From Gordius albopunctatus (taxonomy: Eukaryota), in NCBI GenBank assembly GCA_964276515.1, contig OZ193909.1, positions 21,328,001-21,392,000 on the forward strand: DNA of 64,000 nt, in the 5' to 3' direction. The stretch's first letter is position 1; every line of letters starts with the position of its first letter. Made by a program: the position numbers and the translations under genes. The notes beneath the pieces were generated by a model that did not search any database, was not told the DNA's origin, and was given only the letters and a program-made list of their open reading frames with translations. Below, piece after piece: positions 27,576 through 41,769 of this stretch.

Positions 27576-30500
27576 CCTTTAATCAGGATTAGATTGGTTT
27601 AGCAAAAATATTACATGGGAAATTCGTTGAAGAAAAAAATATGTTTAGCAAAAAAGAAGTAGACTAACATAATTAAAAATCAATAACAATATGTATTTGA
27701 AGAGTAGCTAATGTCATACCACTTACCTGTGCGCGGTGTATATAGTTACAATTTTGTAAATGGCTTTTCCGTAACTACCTCTATACCCTACCTTATATTT
27801 TGCGGAACGGAAAAATGTAAAATAATAAGTCAAGCTCATTTTTTATGACATTAAAAGTTATATTTTTAAAAAATGGCAAAAAAATTTATAATCTAAATCG
27901 TTTGAATATATGTTTAAACTTTTTTAAATATGTTTAAAATGAGGTAATTAAAAAATATTGCCTTGCCTAAATCTAACTAATAATTTCACCAAACTTTCTT
28001 TAGAAATTGTCGTATACTGTTAACTTTCAACTTAGAAAAACAGAGTGGGGCTAAATAAAAGTTGTGTGCACATGTGACCATACTAATTTCTGATGAATTT
28101 AATCATATACTCTTATAAAAAATATAAAAATCCGGAATCTGGCATCAATTTCTTAATTAATTCTACATACCTCTATTCGTGAAAATTATTATTATTTAAA
28201 TTCGCTCGATGTTAATCTTAATACAGTAGTAATACACCCTTTAAAAATCTGTTGAGCAAAATCACATTTAATAATATCTAGTTTGTGATTTATTAGTATA
28301 AATTAAGTGTTATCATTCTAACGGATTAACGATTAAAATATAATTGCTTTATTACTTTAAACTAACTATATGCTTAATATGAATGACCTTAACTTAAGGT
28401 ATTCAGGTAAGTAAGTTTAGCACAATAACATATAGAGACAAACGTTGAAATATTACTTTAAGTATACCAATGTGTCAAAAAGAATATTATTGAAACACAT
28501 TTACCCTTGAATTGTATATTAGCTTTATGAAATATGTAATTCTGTTAAAAATGTAAGAGAACGGCCTCTCTATCCAAAGAATTTAGATTTAATTAATTTG
28601 GTTTTTAGTGAAGCGACTATTAAAAACCTATATGATCCTTAGAGTGTTAGGTTAAGCTAGTAAAAGCAATTTTAATAATTTATAAGGTATTTAAGTAATA
28701 GAGAGCCTGTAATTAATGGACTGCGCATAGAGTGTTATACATATATTGAATTTAAACTGAAGAAGTCAATATCTTTAATTACAGCATAAAAGGTAAATTA
28801 ATAGATTGTTTAAAATGTTTATAGGGAATTACCATTTTGTTAAAAGCTTTTAGATGTAATATTAAATAATTTATGTTCTCGCACAACTTAAGTGATCTTT
28901 CTATTGATTTTTGGATTAGTCAGGCCAGGATTACTACACTACTTTGTAGCATAATATAAGTTATCCAACAGTCTTTCAAATATAATATAGTGTAGTAATT
29001 ACTGTATCTTTATTTATATTTTACTTTCTTATGATAGGAATCATATTTAATTAATGCAAAACGAGCTGATAATAATATATCAAGATATAAATTGTGGATT
29101 ATCTATTATTTTTGTGTAATTAGGTTGCATCTTAAAGCTTATCCATTTCTTTTTCAGTTTAGTTAAAAAATTAGTTTCAAGCACATCATACATACCTCGA
29201 TCAATAATTTGATAAGTGGAAGGGGGAGGGGGAGAGGATTAAATTTGCCTAAAGTTTAAAATTAGTGTTTACAGCCTTTTACTGTTTTCCATTATACTTT
29301 TCACTATAATAGCGAATAGCATTTAATAACATAAGTCAGTAATTCTAATAGTTATCATGACTTTATAACACCTAATATACCGTAAAAAGTATATTTATCT
29401 GTTAACTCCAAGTCAAGATTTTAAAATCCCTAAACTCATAATCATGTGATCACAATTGAATCTATTGGATAGTTTAGTATCTAGTTATTTAATTGATGTA
29501 CTTAAAATTGATTTTTGTTTTATTTAAATTTATCACGACAAATCGTCACCGGACATTAAGAAATCTAAATTTAACATACAAACTATGTTGTAAGACTCTA
29601 GCATCTTGGTTGTTATCTTTTTATAAAGAAAAGGCCGGAATTCATTGATTAAATGGCGCTGAAATGTAATTGCGTGAATTCTAATTGCTCTAGGATATAC
29701 CTTCATTTAAATGACACCACCAACCATGTCCTAATTTGTGTTGTTAAAATGCTCGCGCAAAATATCACAATGGAAATCGTCGTTAAATCCAACACGATTT
29801 CCATACACGGATCAATGCCATCCGTTTAGTTATAGCGCGTTTTTATATTTTTTAGTCGTATACGTAATTTTTTGTATACCATTTAATAAATATTGATATG
29901 AACACATTGATTTATTTAATAATCGCATGTATCATGATCTGTGCGTGCCACTCGGTGCACGAGGCAGTAAAGTAGCACATAAAAATGCTTTGGAGCCGGA
30001 GTTGAAGCAGCAAAGTGTTCAGGCAATGAGCAGATTGCTCAAGTATAAACGCAATCAGATAGCAGATCTAATAGAAGCAATTGCTACGAGTCAGTAACTT
30101 TACGTATCTCCGCATGGTATTGGATAAATAAATTAAGAATTTGCTCCTCCCCCATTTTTGCGATATTTGTCACCCCCATTTTGCCCTCTTTTCCCCAAGG
30201 GAGATTGGCTGGGGCATAGAGGCAGGGGGGACAAGTTTTTTATTTATGATATACCATAAACAGATTTTTAAAGTTACTAACACATTTAACAACTAGTCCT
30301 AAGTGCGCGAAGGGTTAGGGGCGGGTGACGAACATATTTTAAAAACAACTGCATATAAGGGATAACTTTAATAGACATCTACACTCGAAATCTAGGGGTT
30401 CCCTCTCGAACAACTTACTGGGCCGCGCATAAGATGCCACGAATGTACTATGGTTACTGCCTTAGTCACTACGAAACCTCTAACGGGATTTATTTGTGGA

Positions 30501-32668
30501 TTGGGCAAAGAAGATACCATGCTGGGACACGTGTATTAGGGATTGAGGTAGCATAAACCACTCGTGCCTAGATTAGATGCATAGGCGTAGCCAATGAGGG
30601 CAGGGATGGGCGGTTGCCTCCTTCTAAATCCAGAAATTTGTTAAATTTTATTAAAATTATGGGGCTAAAATTTACAAAAAATGATCATTTTGCCCCTCCC
30701 CAAATCATTATTGCCTCTCTATAATTTCAATGCTGGCTGCGCCATTGGATGTACTTAATTATATTTAACGTTAAAGGGTTGAAGATCCGTTCTAAGGGGA
30801 AGGATTTGGAGGGAGTAATGGATTCAGCATTAGTTTTATATCCTCATATAACCAATTTAGTATAATATAATTCATTAATCAATGTGATAACATAAAGCAG
30901 CGCGTATAATTTTTGTTGTAATGTTTATCACTTCTGCGAAATTAATGCCATTATCATAAATATACGATGAATAATAATACGGGAATCAATGATATATATT
31001 TCGCCTTAATTAAAACAGAAGTGCTCTATTCTGTTAGAAAACGCGAGGCATTAACGATGATTTATGGGTTACAGCAATGTCGCGAATATTTAATTGTCAA
31101 ACCGTTCACTGTAATCAACGATCATTAGCCACTTGTTGCTACTACTAATGTCTTCTAGGCTACAATGTTGCCTTGTATTGCTAGGTAATTTTAGGTTGAC
31201 CCATACGGCAAGACACTAGGCTAATGTACTATACCGTTTGGATGCAGATTCCATTGAGGCCTATGATTCTCTTTTGTTCTGTGATATAATCATAGACTAA
31301 TAGACTGCTCATTCCCTTTTAAAAAGTGTACCCCGTTTTGGCAGCCATTTTGATAAGTGAAACATGAATTTCGGCCAATTTATATGGTTTGATGAATTTT
31401 TAAAATCGCTATAATGATTAAAATGGGTTGTGTTATGTTATAAGATCAATGATTACTGTCCAATACAAACCATCGCTATACAAACTCTACTTCACTTATC
31501 AAAATGGCGGTCATTTTTGGCAACACTTTTGATGCGTGAATATATAAAAGATGAGCCGTCTATTAGTCTATAGATATAATAGGAGGAGATGTGATAAATT
31601 CTTTAAATATTTTGGATATTGCAGACCCTTAGTAAAGTAAAGGATATTTGGCAAACATGGACGATATAATTAACCTAGCCATCTATAGGTGTAGCCAGGT
31701 CCCCCCTCTAAATCTAGAAATTCTTTAAAATTTTATTTAATTATGACTAGAATATTAAAAAATTATCAATATGCCCCTCCCACAATCATTATCCTGCCTG
31801 GCTACGCCCAGAAAATAGTGTTTTTAAAAAGGATGAAGTGTGGTAGTTGTTAAGTTTAGTCAGGAGATGCTAAGAATCTTGTATTAAGGACACCTTGGAA
31901 TGGTTGTTGAAATAAAGGGTTTGCCAGACCATAGTTCTTGCCAGCATTGAGATTAGAGGGGGGAACTAATGGTTTAGGGAGGGGCAAAATGATCTTTTTC
32001 AAAATTTTAGCCTCATAATTTCCATAAATTTCAACAAATTTATGGATTTAGAGCACCTCCTTGGTTGCGCCTATGCGTCTGGTGGCCCATCCAAAAATTG
32101 GTTAAGCAGTGTGGTAAGATGGATGCACTTATGCCTGATGTTTTAAATTTCATGAGTGCGCCTATATGCATTGATTTTTTTTGATTTAGATAAACAACGG
32201 TATATATATACATCTTAATTGTAGATGCGTTTTCCGGTTAAGCCGAAGTTATAAAGATGTTTAACGCATCTAGTCGAGTAAGAATGCCTATTTTAAAAAA
32301 TTGATGCTAAATTATGGGTTTTCATAAATATAAGCTTTTTGTTTCATTAGAAATTTGGTTAGCGATGAATTTAAACAATTAATTGTTTTGTTTAATGTTG
32401 TAAACGCAAACCACTTATTTACATGTTATGTCATCGCCCGGCCAATTCTTTACATGTATTTATGGGCGAAGGGGAGGAGCGGATGCCCCCTTCTTAATCC
32501 ATTTTGTTGAAATTTATTGAAATTATGACTAAAATTTATCAAAATGTTCATTTTGGCCGTCCCTGAATTTTAAAACATTTTATTTGCCCAATAAAGTAAT
32601 GTAAAAAAGGGTATTATTTTTTGGTTTATTTCCCCCCACACCTCTACATTTAACATATAAAATTAAGC

Positions 32669-33873
32669 TTATTTTAACTCCACCATATCAAAGATTAATC
32701 ATTGTTTTCCCTCATCTGGTGCATTTTTACACCCAGAAGTTTTAAAGTCGTACGAAGGCTTTTTAAAAACTTTATTAGATAAAATTTTAAATTTAATACT
32801 AATAATTGGATTCAAGCATCCCTTCCAACCAATTCTGGAGGATTGGGAATTCGTCCTCCCGGCAGCATATCGTTAGCTGCTTTTATTTCATCTTTTAAGT
32901 CGGTCCAAAACTTAATTTTTAATCTCACAACACATGATTCCGACCCCCTGCTAACGCAAGCCTTAGAGCTTTGGAATTTGAATGTCACACCCGAGACCAT
33001 TCAACCTAAAAGTACGAGACAAAAGGATTGGGATTCTGGACTAGTATCGCGCTCCGTTGATTACCTCTTATCGAGCAGCGATGATAGCCAGCAGCATTAC
33101 AACCTTAGCTCCCTCGCTTTTGACGGTTCCGGTCACAAGTGGCTTGAAGCATATCCCAGCAAACTTTTGGGAATGCTGCTTGAAGACTTTGAGCTATCAT
33201 ATTCCATAGCTTTAAGGTTGGGGATCAGTTACAGCAGCGAATTCAATTGTTGAAACGTCAAAATTGTCTTACTGTTGTAGACGAATATGCTAGGCACCCT
33301 CTACACTGCCTAGCAAACAAATATAAATAGGTTAGGCACACTAAAGCCAATTTATTACCAAAATCCCCTCAATCCTTGAGCCGTCCGATCCCTCCCTTGA
33401 AGGTAGGATGCGCCCTGACGGCTCTTCTCTAGTCCCCTGGCAAAATGGCCTATCCCTCAAATGGGATTTTACTTGTATTCACCTTTTTGCCCCTTCCCAT
33501 TTTAATTACGACCCTATCGCTACAGAAGAAGGGCGTAAAACTACAAAGTATTCTGCCCTTTTGGCATCCAATATTTTTATCCCTGTCGTTGCGACGTGCT
33601 CCGGTTCCTTTGGCAAACAGGCAATGGGTTTTTTTAAAGAAATCGGAAAACTCACCCCGAAATCTAAAATTTCTGCGTCCTTTTTACTCAGGCAACAACT
33701 AGGGATTCTAGTTGTACGACACAACTTTAAATCCTTTGCCGACTCATGGCCCATTGTAGAAGATAATGATATATAGTAGATCTTTGTATTTAACCAATAT
33801 GTCTTTATTTATCTTTGTATTTCGCTTATTTATGTAACTTTGTTTCGTGAAAATAAACTTTTTAACAAAAAAA
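32669..33873 (+). mobile_element. Duplicate of the CRE-like fragment at 14181-15385
   Basis: Copy at +18,488. Confidence 0.85.
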
Positions 33874-35124
33874 GCTCTCACGGAGAGGTAGAAAGGTATG
33901 AAGAGGTTTTGTTTAAAAAAATGGTTGAATCTAGCTTAAGTAAGGAAGAAGACGACGTGGCTGTTTAAGCCATGTTTAAACTTGATCACCATAAGTCACC
34001 ACATTATCTTAATCGTGCTCCGATTAGCTATGTCTAAAATTCAGTAAGAAACCTAACTTTGCCCAGTATTGGTGTACCAGGTTTTAGGGTAAACCAAAGA
34101 GTTTGGTATCGCAACTATTTGGGCAAACCTAAATGATAAAATAAAGAAACTAAACGGGTATAACTTTGAAATTAGGCAGCTGTAATAATTGAATGTGTTT
34201 ATGCTATTCTTTAAAGTTTATTTCGATTTAGATGCCAATTAACAGAGCATGGTGCGGCGTGAAAATGGACGTCAGTAGAGCCCTGCAGACTCACCTTTTT
34301 TCGACCCAATCCTCAACCCGAACCCGACCCACCCGAAAGCTCCTAAATTTTTTCAACCCGAACCCGACTCGATCCGAAAGCGTTTTAAACCAAATGGGCA
34401 TATACTAAGAATGGAGACGAATGGTGTATGTCTCGAAAAGTACTGGGCATGGAGGTACCGGGGATGAGAGAATAAGGACGACCCCGTGTCACGTGGAACG
34501 GGCAAGTGGATAAATTATGGGAAAAAAGAGATTGGCACTCACCCGGTCAAGATGGAAGACTTATTAAAAAAAGGCTTACGATTATGAAACCAATTGGTAG
34601 AGAAGAAGATTAATTGTTGATTATTATAAGCAAGGGAAGTGTATTGCACTTCCCACTCAAAAGTATATAAATGTGTTATTTTATAACTTAACACCCATTT
34701 AGGCTAAAATAGGCACCTATATTTAATTTTTAATAACAATTAAGGTCAATTTTAATAATTTTTAGAGTGCACGGCTCAAATTTAATTAAAGAACCTCTGA
34801 TATTTGGGGTTTTAAGCTTAATATTTATTTCAGGTCAATATCTTAATTAATTAAGTTACACTTAATAAAGGTATATAAAATTTTTGAGGCCACAGCTCTA
34901 TACATAGGAATGAGTCTTTAGTAACTCCTTTATCATTTACAATGGCTAGCACTATATTGACTTTACAGGACTGATATTATATTCGACAGGCTTAACAAAT
35001 ATTTTTAGCATAACTTAAAATGTTGGTAACAAACACGGCCAAATTTTAGCTTACTACGTGTATAAGACAAATTTTGGTATAAAATCATAAAATTTGTTTT
35101 CAATTGCTCACAAAAAATTTTATA

Positions 35125-38100
35125 ATGTTTGCATCGCTTCTCTTAGCTTTCCTTATTGTATTGGCTACGACGGTGATTCTATTGTTGATGAGAACTTTCC
35201 AGCGCCTCAGAGATGCAAAACAAATTCAATACCCAAAATTACCTTCTTTAAGTAAATTTTATTTTTGTAATTAGTAAATAGAAAATATATTAAGCGCTTT
35301 ATTACATTTAGAATCCTAAAAATAAGTTATTATTAATTGGTTTAAACGGTAGTTAAAGAAACTTAAAGCAAAAGTGATGTAAAATAGTTATATTGAAAGA
35401 GAAATAATTTTAGAAAGTATTCAATTTTAGTATCATGATTTCGATGATCAGATTTCTGAAGAAAAAGTCGATTAATTGCTGTGTTTATAATGCTTACAAT
35501 TTTTGTAAATGTTTTATTTTACTACACTACCCAACTTAATTTTAATTTGAAAAAGCAAGCGTTAGCATCATGGATGGAGGTAACTATCGAACAGTCTTAT
35601 TAAAACAAAATCATCGCGCCGCGTAGCCATGGTAGAAATTAGAGGGGTCGCAATAATGATCACTTTTTGACAATCCCTTTTTAAGGAATTTTAGATTTAG
35701 AGTGGGGGGGGGGCAGCCACCCCTTCTGCCACCCCCTGGAGACGCCTTTAAACATAATAATATTATTTAGAGGCGTTAAATCGAAATATTGCTTCGGCTT
35801 CCAAAAATGTTATTGGATGCACGATAAATTGGCAAAATCTAATAATAGCATTAGCACTACTACTCATATCGTCAAAACATGTTTTTTGACTTTCCTAATG
35901 TGTCCCCTCTGATCGATTGTTTTTCACCAAAAAAGATGACATTGATTATTTGGCCAAAAATTTTTATGATCAACTGGAACTATTTTTGTGCTTGTTTTGT
36001 ATTGTTATTACCGGAGGGCAGGGGAGGTACAATACAAATTTAATAACGGTAAAACATAATAGGTATAGAAACTTATAAATCTAAATTTCAAAAAAATATA
36101 ACATTAATTTAGAGGTGCTAGCTCTAATATTGTTGAGATATTCGCCTTTTGCTAAGTAATTTAATATCTTTATCTTTTAATTATTAGATTTTTATTTTTG
36201 AATGTCAGAAATGGTTGAAATATCGGAATACAAAGTTCAGTTTTCACTAATTATAAATTACTAGAAATAACAAAAAAATTTATAAACGCATATCGACAAG
36301 GTACTAATTGTAACTCAAGTTTTTATGTAATATATTTAAGGACTAATTAATAAAAAATTTTATAAAAAAAGTAGCCCTCATTTATATTTATAATTCAGCA
36401 AATACTTTATAATTTCCTAAATCACAGGGTAAAAGGTAAAAACATAAATGGCGTTGACTTTGTTGTTAATGAATTTAGATGGCTAATTTTTATTACTGGT
36501 TGATTCATTTATTTGTCTTTTGATGTAAAAAGCGGATTTTAATCTTTTAAATGACATTTTTATAATTTCACTCTTCATCATGTATTTGGTCGCACAGTCG
36601 TGAGATTTGTTTTGATGAGTTTCTCCCATCTTGATCGGGTAAGGGGCCCATGTCCTGATTCATCTTCTTAGTTTTTGTGTCTTTATCCACTTGCCCTTTC
36701 CACGTGACACGGGGTCGTCCTCTTCCTCTCTTCCCCGGTACCTCTATGTCCAGTACTTTTCGATTTACGTCATCCGTGTCCCTGCTTAGTATATGCCCAT
36801 CATTCCACCTTGGCCGATTTTTGTTAATCATGTCCGCCATAGATTGAATACCCATTTTTGCTCAGGGACAGTCATTCGTCATACGGTCGAGCTTAGTATA
36901 GCCCAAGCTCCACCCTATCATTCTCATCTTCGTGCCTTGTAATAACTTTTCACCCATGGCGTTTAGTGCCCGTGTTTCACAGTTATAAAGTAAGACCGGT
37001 CTTACGATGGATGATTTGTAAGCTTTGCTCTTCAACCATATAAGCTTGGGTGTAGCCAGCATTGGGATTAGAAGCGGCAATAATGATTTACATAAGAAGG
37101 GTAGATAATCATTTTTTCAAATTTTACCCATTATTTTAATAAATTTCACCAAATTTTTAGATTTAGAGGGGGCAGTCGCCCCTCCCTGCCCCATTGGCTA
37201 CGCCCATGCATATAGGCATTAAAAAACACCTACTAATTCTGTTTTACATCTTGAAAATTTGTTGTAGATATAGATGAAGATTTGGTAGCAGAGCACCTCA
37301 GTCGTGCTGTGCAATTCAAAACTGTATCTTTCGGTGAAAATGAGTTCGATCAAAATGAAATGGCTGCACTCGTTAAGTATATTGAAAAAGGTTTAATAAT
37401 AATTAATTTTATAAATAAATTGCTTATTTTATGATAAATTGTCTTCTTGATTATTAAATAGACTATAAATGAATCGTTTTTATATTATAAATGACTTTCG
37501 AAAACATAGTAAAAATTCGAAACATTTTTATTCTTTATAAAATCAAAGTTGTAAATATTGTCTTTTGAATATTTTTATAGTTTTCCCAGGAGTTTATTCT
37601 TGTTCTTGGATCCAAAAAAGGGTTGTTAATAAGTATAGCCTGTTGTTCAAATGCGTAAGTTCGAACGAAGAAAAAAACATTTCAACAGGTTTACATCATA
37701 AAGTGTTTTGTTATTTTGTTAATAATATATAAACAACTAAATAAATAAATAAATAAATAAATATATATACTAATACTAACCTTATTTTATAGATTCCAAT
37801 TTTTATTACTTTTTACTCTGTCAGAATTTATCATTCAATTTTGGATAAGTCAATCGGGAGCGCAGTCAGCACTGGAATTAGAGGAGAAGGGCAATAATGA
37901 TTTAGGGAGGGGCAAAATAATCATTTTGAAATTTTAGGCATATTTTTAGAAGGGGGCAGTGCCCCCCCCCCACTGCCCCTTGGCAACGCCTATGATAGAA
38001 ATTATCAATAAAATAACTGATTTTTAAAATGTATTGTATGCTAGGAGGATGTAGTTTGCCTTGGATGTTGATCGGGCATTTAGATGTAGTACCTGTAGGG

Positions 38101-41100
38101 GATCATGATGTTACCCATTGGTCTAGACCTCCGTTCTCGGGAGACATAATAACTATGGAATCTCGTCAAAAATATATATATGGTAGAGGATCTCTCGACG
38201 CAAAAGATATAGTTTTTGCGACATTAGAAGCCTTGGAATTAGCGATAAAAAATGGACAAAGACCGAAACGCAAGTCATTTTACCTCGTTTTTGGGCATGA
38301 CGAAGAGACGGGTGGTTTACACGGAGCACAAAAAGTTGCTAAATGCTTGAAAGACGAGCTCCTGCTAAAAGGAGGAACCTCCACGCTTTCCAATGGACAT
38401 ATGGAGTCTGGGCTCGACACCGGAAAACCGCTAGATTTTATACTGGACGAAGGATTCAATATATTTGACGATTTATTGACCGGGCAAAACTTGGGATTGT
38501 AATTAATATTTAACAATTTTTTAACAACTTTTTGCAATATCTCCTCTCCTGTCTTGTGTCTATTGGACCTAAGTCACTTTGAAAAATAGACTAGAGGCCA
38601 GCATGACCCCTAGGGTACGGGTTAAAAATTTTTTAAATGCTTTGGCGTCGCTTCCGGTTTAAAAATTTGAAAAATTTTCGTGTCCAGTTGGGTTTAGGTA
38701 GAAAAAAGTGACTTTGTAGACCTCTAGTTTACACTCAATCTGAAGTCATCACTTGATTGTTGTATATCGGCTCGTTTTTGAAATTTTACAATATTATTAA
38801 AATACTATTATCAATCAGGGTCTAAATAGGGTGAGGTAATAAAACACATTTTCCCTAATTTTATGGCTATTTTATAAAAGTTTGTTTGCGCTTTTAATCT
38901 TACATTCTTTTGATGAGTTAAGTTTTACTAATTATATTATTACATTTTGATATTTTTTAATTGAATATTTGGGGAAATAGAGTAAGCATAGCGGAAAAGG
39001 TGTGTTGCAAAGTGACGCTAACCGCCAACACTAAACCTGGTCATTCCAGCATGCCATCTAAACAGACAGCCATTTCTATATTGTGCAAGGCAGTGAATAG
39101 ACTACAAGAATTTCACTTTGATTCTATGATAAATAGAGGAGGTCCCGAGGTTGAAACGATGAAATTAATAGCTCCATTTATCAAAAATTGGCTGCCTAAA
39201 ATTGCTTTTGCAAATTCCGACCTATTTGCCCCACTTTTATCAAAGTTTGTTTAGAAATAGATTACATTATAGTTATTATTTAACTAATTTTTATCTACTT
39301 TTATCATGCCAACTTTATCTTGAATAGATCATTTTTTTGACAAATACGTATAAAATAGATTTTATATGTTTTAAAGTCGTAGTAGATTGGATAGACTGCT
39401 CTCATCAACTTTAAATAATTGTACCATTTTCCGCCATTTTGAAATTTGCACAAATAATGGAAGGAAATATAGATTTGGTTAATTTAAGTGTTTTTAAAAC
39501 GTAATAATAAGATATGGAATAAACATTAAAAACAACATTTTAATAAATATATCATTTACAAATATCAGATAAATGAAAGATAAAATTAATGTGAAGATGA
39601 TGTGATGTAAAACGCAAGTTGGTGCCATCTGCATTTTGTTAAATAATAATAATCATAACATTCTTTTCATCAACTTATAAAGGAGGTGGTAATTTCACTT
39701 TTTCTATTTTAACACTTAAGTACACTGCAATCAGTGATGGGAGATAGTTAAATTCAATGGCACACATTTAACAACCATATGAAACATATGACATGAGCAG
39801 TCTCTATTTACTCTATCTTAGCTAAGCAATTTAGGCGGAGAAGGGAAAAAATTTAGAGTGATTGATAAAAATTATTTCAATTTTTGTCAAGTTCGGTTTA
39901 GTATCAATAGTTGATTGATTATTGATTTTTCTAAACAATATGTTTGATACAGGCATATAGCAAAACATCCTTTGATGGGTTCGTTCGTTCAAACAGTGTC
40001 GTGTATAACAAAAATACAAGGTGGTATAAAAGATAACATTGTACCGAGTGAAGCCACGGCTGTAGCTATGCAAAGAATTTATCCAATGCAAAGTCTACAA
40101 GAGGTTGTCAATAATAATGATACAAAAATAAATCTTTAACTTTCAAATAACTTCAAAACAAATATCACATGATATGATATAGTTGGTCGACTTGCTTTTC
40201 ACCTGATATATGCATGGGCGTAGCCAGCCGGGGGAGGGGGGCAAGGAGGGTCGGTTGCCCCCTCTAAATCCAAAAATCCTATAAATATTTTTAAAGTTAT
40301 GACTAAAATTTCAAAAACGCTCATTTTGCCCCCCCCCCCCCCAAATCATTATTGCCCCCCTGTGAATTCAATCCAGCCAGGTGAAGCCCATGCATATATG
40401 TGAGAAGATGTTAACTTGTATAATATTTTTAAGCGTGCAATTATCAAAAGTGCAAAAAACTTATTAATTTTCGTATTTTTTGGGGGGAGGCAGATTATGA
40501 CAATAAATCGTGAGGTAGTGGCTGACAATCGGATTAAAATGGAGGTGGAAAGCATAGTACCGCAAATTCCATTGTCCAGCTATGGAGATTTTGGGGCTAA
40601 TGGTTGCCACACTGGTTACCATTACATCAAAAAAACCGTTTTACAGCTATTCAAAGATACCGTCGTGGCCCCTAGTAATTTACTTTTTCCAATTTTAAAT
40701 TTTAACAATATAAAGGTGTATTCTGCCGACGTGCGAGACCGGGTCGGGTTCGGGTTGAAAGTTTTGACTTTGCAGTTCTCTAGTGTAACCTCATGTTGTA
40801 TGTAAAAATTATGGATTTAGTTTGGAAGAAATAATGAACCATGGATTCGGCACATTGTTTACCCCTTTTATTTTTTAAAAACAATTATTATTTATTGAAA
40901 TTTAATTTCGTGATGCGTATATAGTATATTAATTGAAGCTACAACTTTTAGGTTCCTTTAGAAGGTTATAAAATACTATAATATATTTCCATTGTATTTT
41001 AATTCTTAGAAAGTTTTGATAAAATCTTTCCTTACTTATAAAATTTCTTCTTAATTATTTGGTTCCACAGTCGTTGGTTTTTTTAATGTTCTTCCATCTT

Positions 41101-41769
41101 GACGGTAATCTCTTTTGTTTTCATAACTTTACCGACTTGCCCTTTCCTAATGACACGAGGTCTTCCTTCCTCGGTATGTCCAGTACTTTTCGAAATTAGA
41201 TAAATTCATTTAAGACCTCTGTCAATTTGTCGAATTGTATATTTAAATTACTAACATCTCCACATTCTCTATTATGAGAAAGTGACACTTATTCATTTTA
41301 ATAGTCTTTCACATGGGCGAAGGGGGGGGGCAGTAATGATTTAGGGAGGGGCCAAATAATAATTTTTTTCAAAATTTAACCATAATTATATTAAATTTTA
41401 AAGGATTTTTGGATTTAGAGGGGGGCAGCCGCCCCTCTCTGCCCCCCCCCCTTCCCTCGCTACGCCCATGCCCTTTCATATGGTTCTGTAATCATTTTTT
41501 ACATAAAATTAATTTACTCTAATATATTGCTGTAATTCATGAATTGCCATAATATAGTTATCATGCCGGGAGCAACTGACTCGAAGCATTTCGTAGACTT
41601 AGCCAATGACATCTATCGTTTCTCCCCGGTTGTTATGTCGACTAAGGATTTAAGAGGTGTCCACGGGAACGATGAACGGATCAGAGTTGAGAGTTACAGA
41701 AATCTCATCGAATTTTATTACCGATTGATGGAAAACGTGAGCGGTTTTACTAGCAGTAAACACGATTGA
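35125..41769 (+). CDS. PM20D1: PM20D1-like M20 metallopeptidase (N-fatty-acyl-amino acid synthase/hydrolase-like), 8 exons, 539 aa: 35125-35251, 37268-37390, 37581-37688, 38045-38498, 38981-39244, 39953-40103, 40494-40674, 41558-41769
   Basis: All introns are GT-AG with matching phases and the exons sum to 1620 nt. Hydrophobic N-terminus MFASLLLAFLIVLATTVILLLMR. M20 motifs HLDVVP, GRGSLDAK, GHDEE, LDEG, GHSSMP, GGIKDNIVP, VVADNRI, GATDSKHF and VHGNDERI are colinear with vertebrate PM20D1 as I recall it. Confidence 0.93.

Larger units (their letters stand above)
1..38922 (+). repeat. Tandem segmental duplication with an 18,488-bp unit (partial unit 1-1946; full units 1947-20434 and 20435-38922)
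   Basis: ORFs recur at a constant offset of 18,488 (e.g. 1053/19541/38029; 8515/27003; 14355/32843) with identical translations. Identity ends after ...gatgagttaag: copies 1 and 2 continue aaaatcagtcgg (1947, 20435), copy 3 continues ttttactaatt (38923). The array probably extends upstream of the window. Confidence 0.97.
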
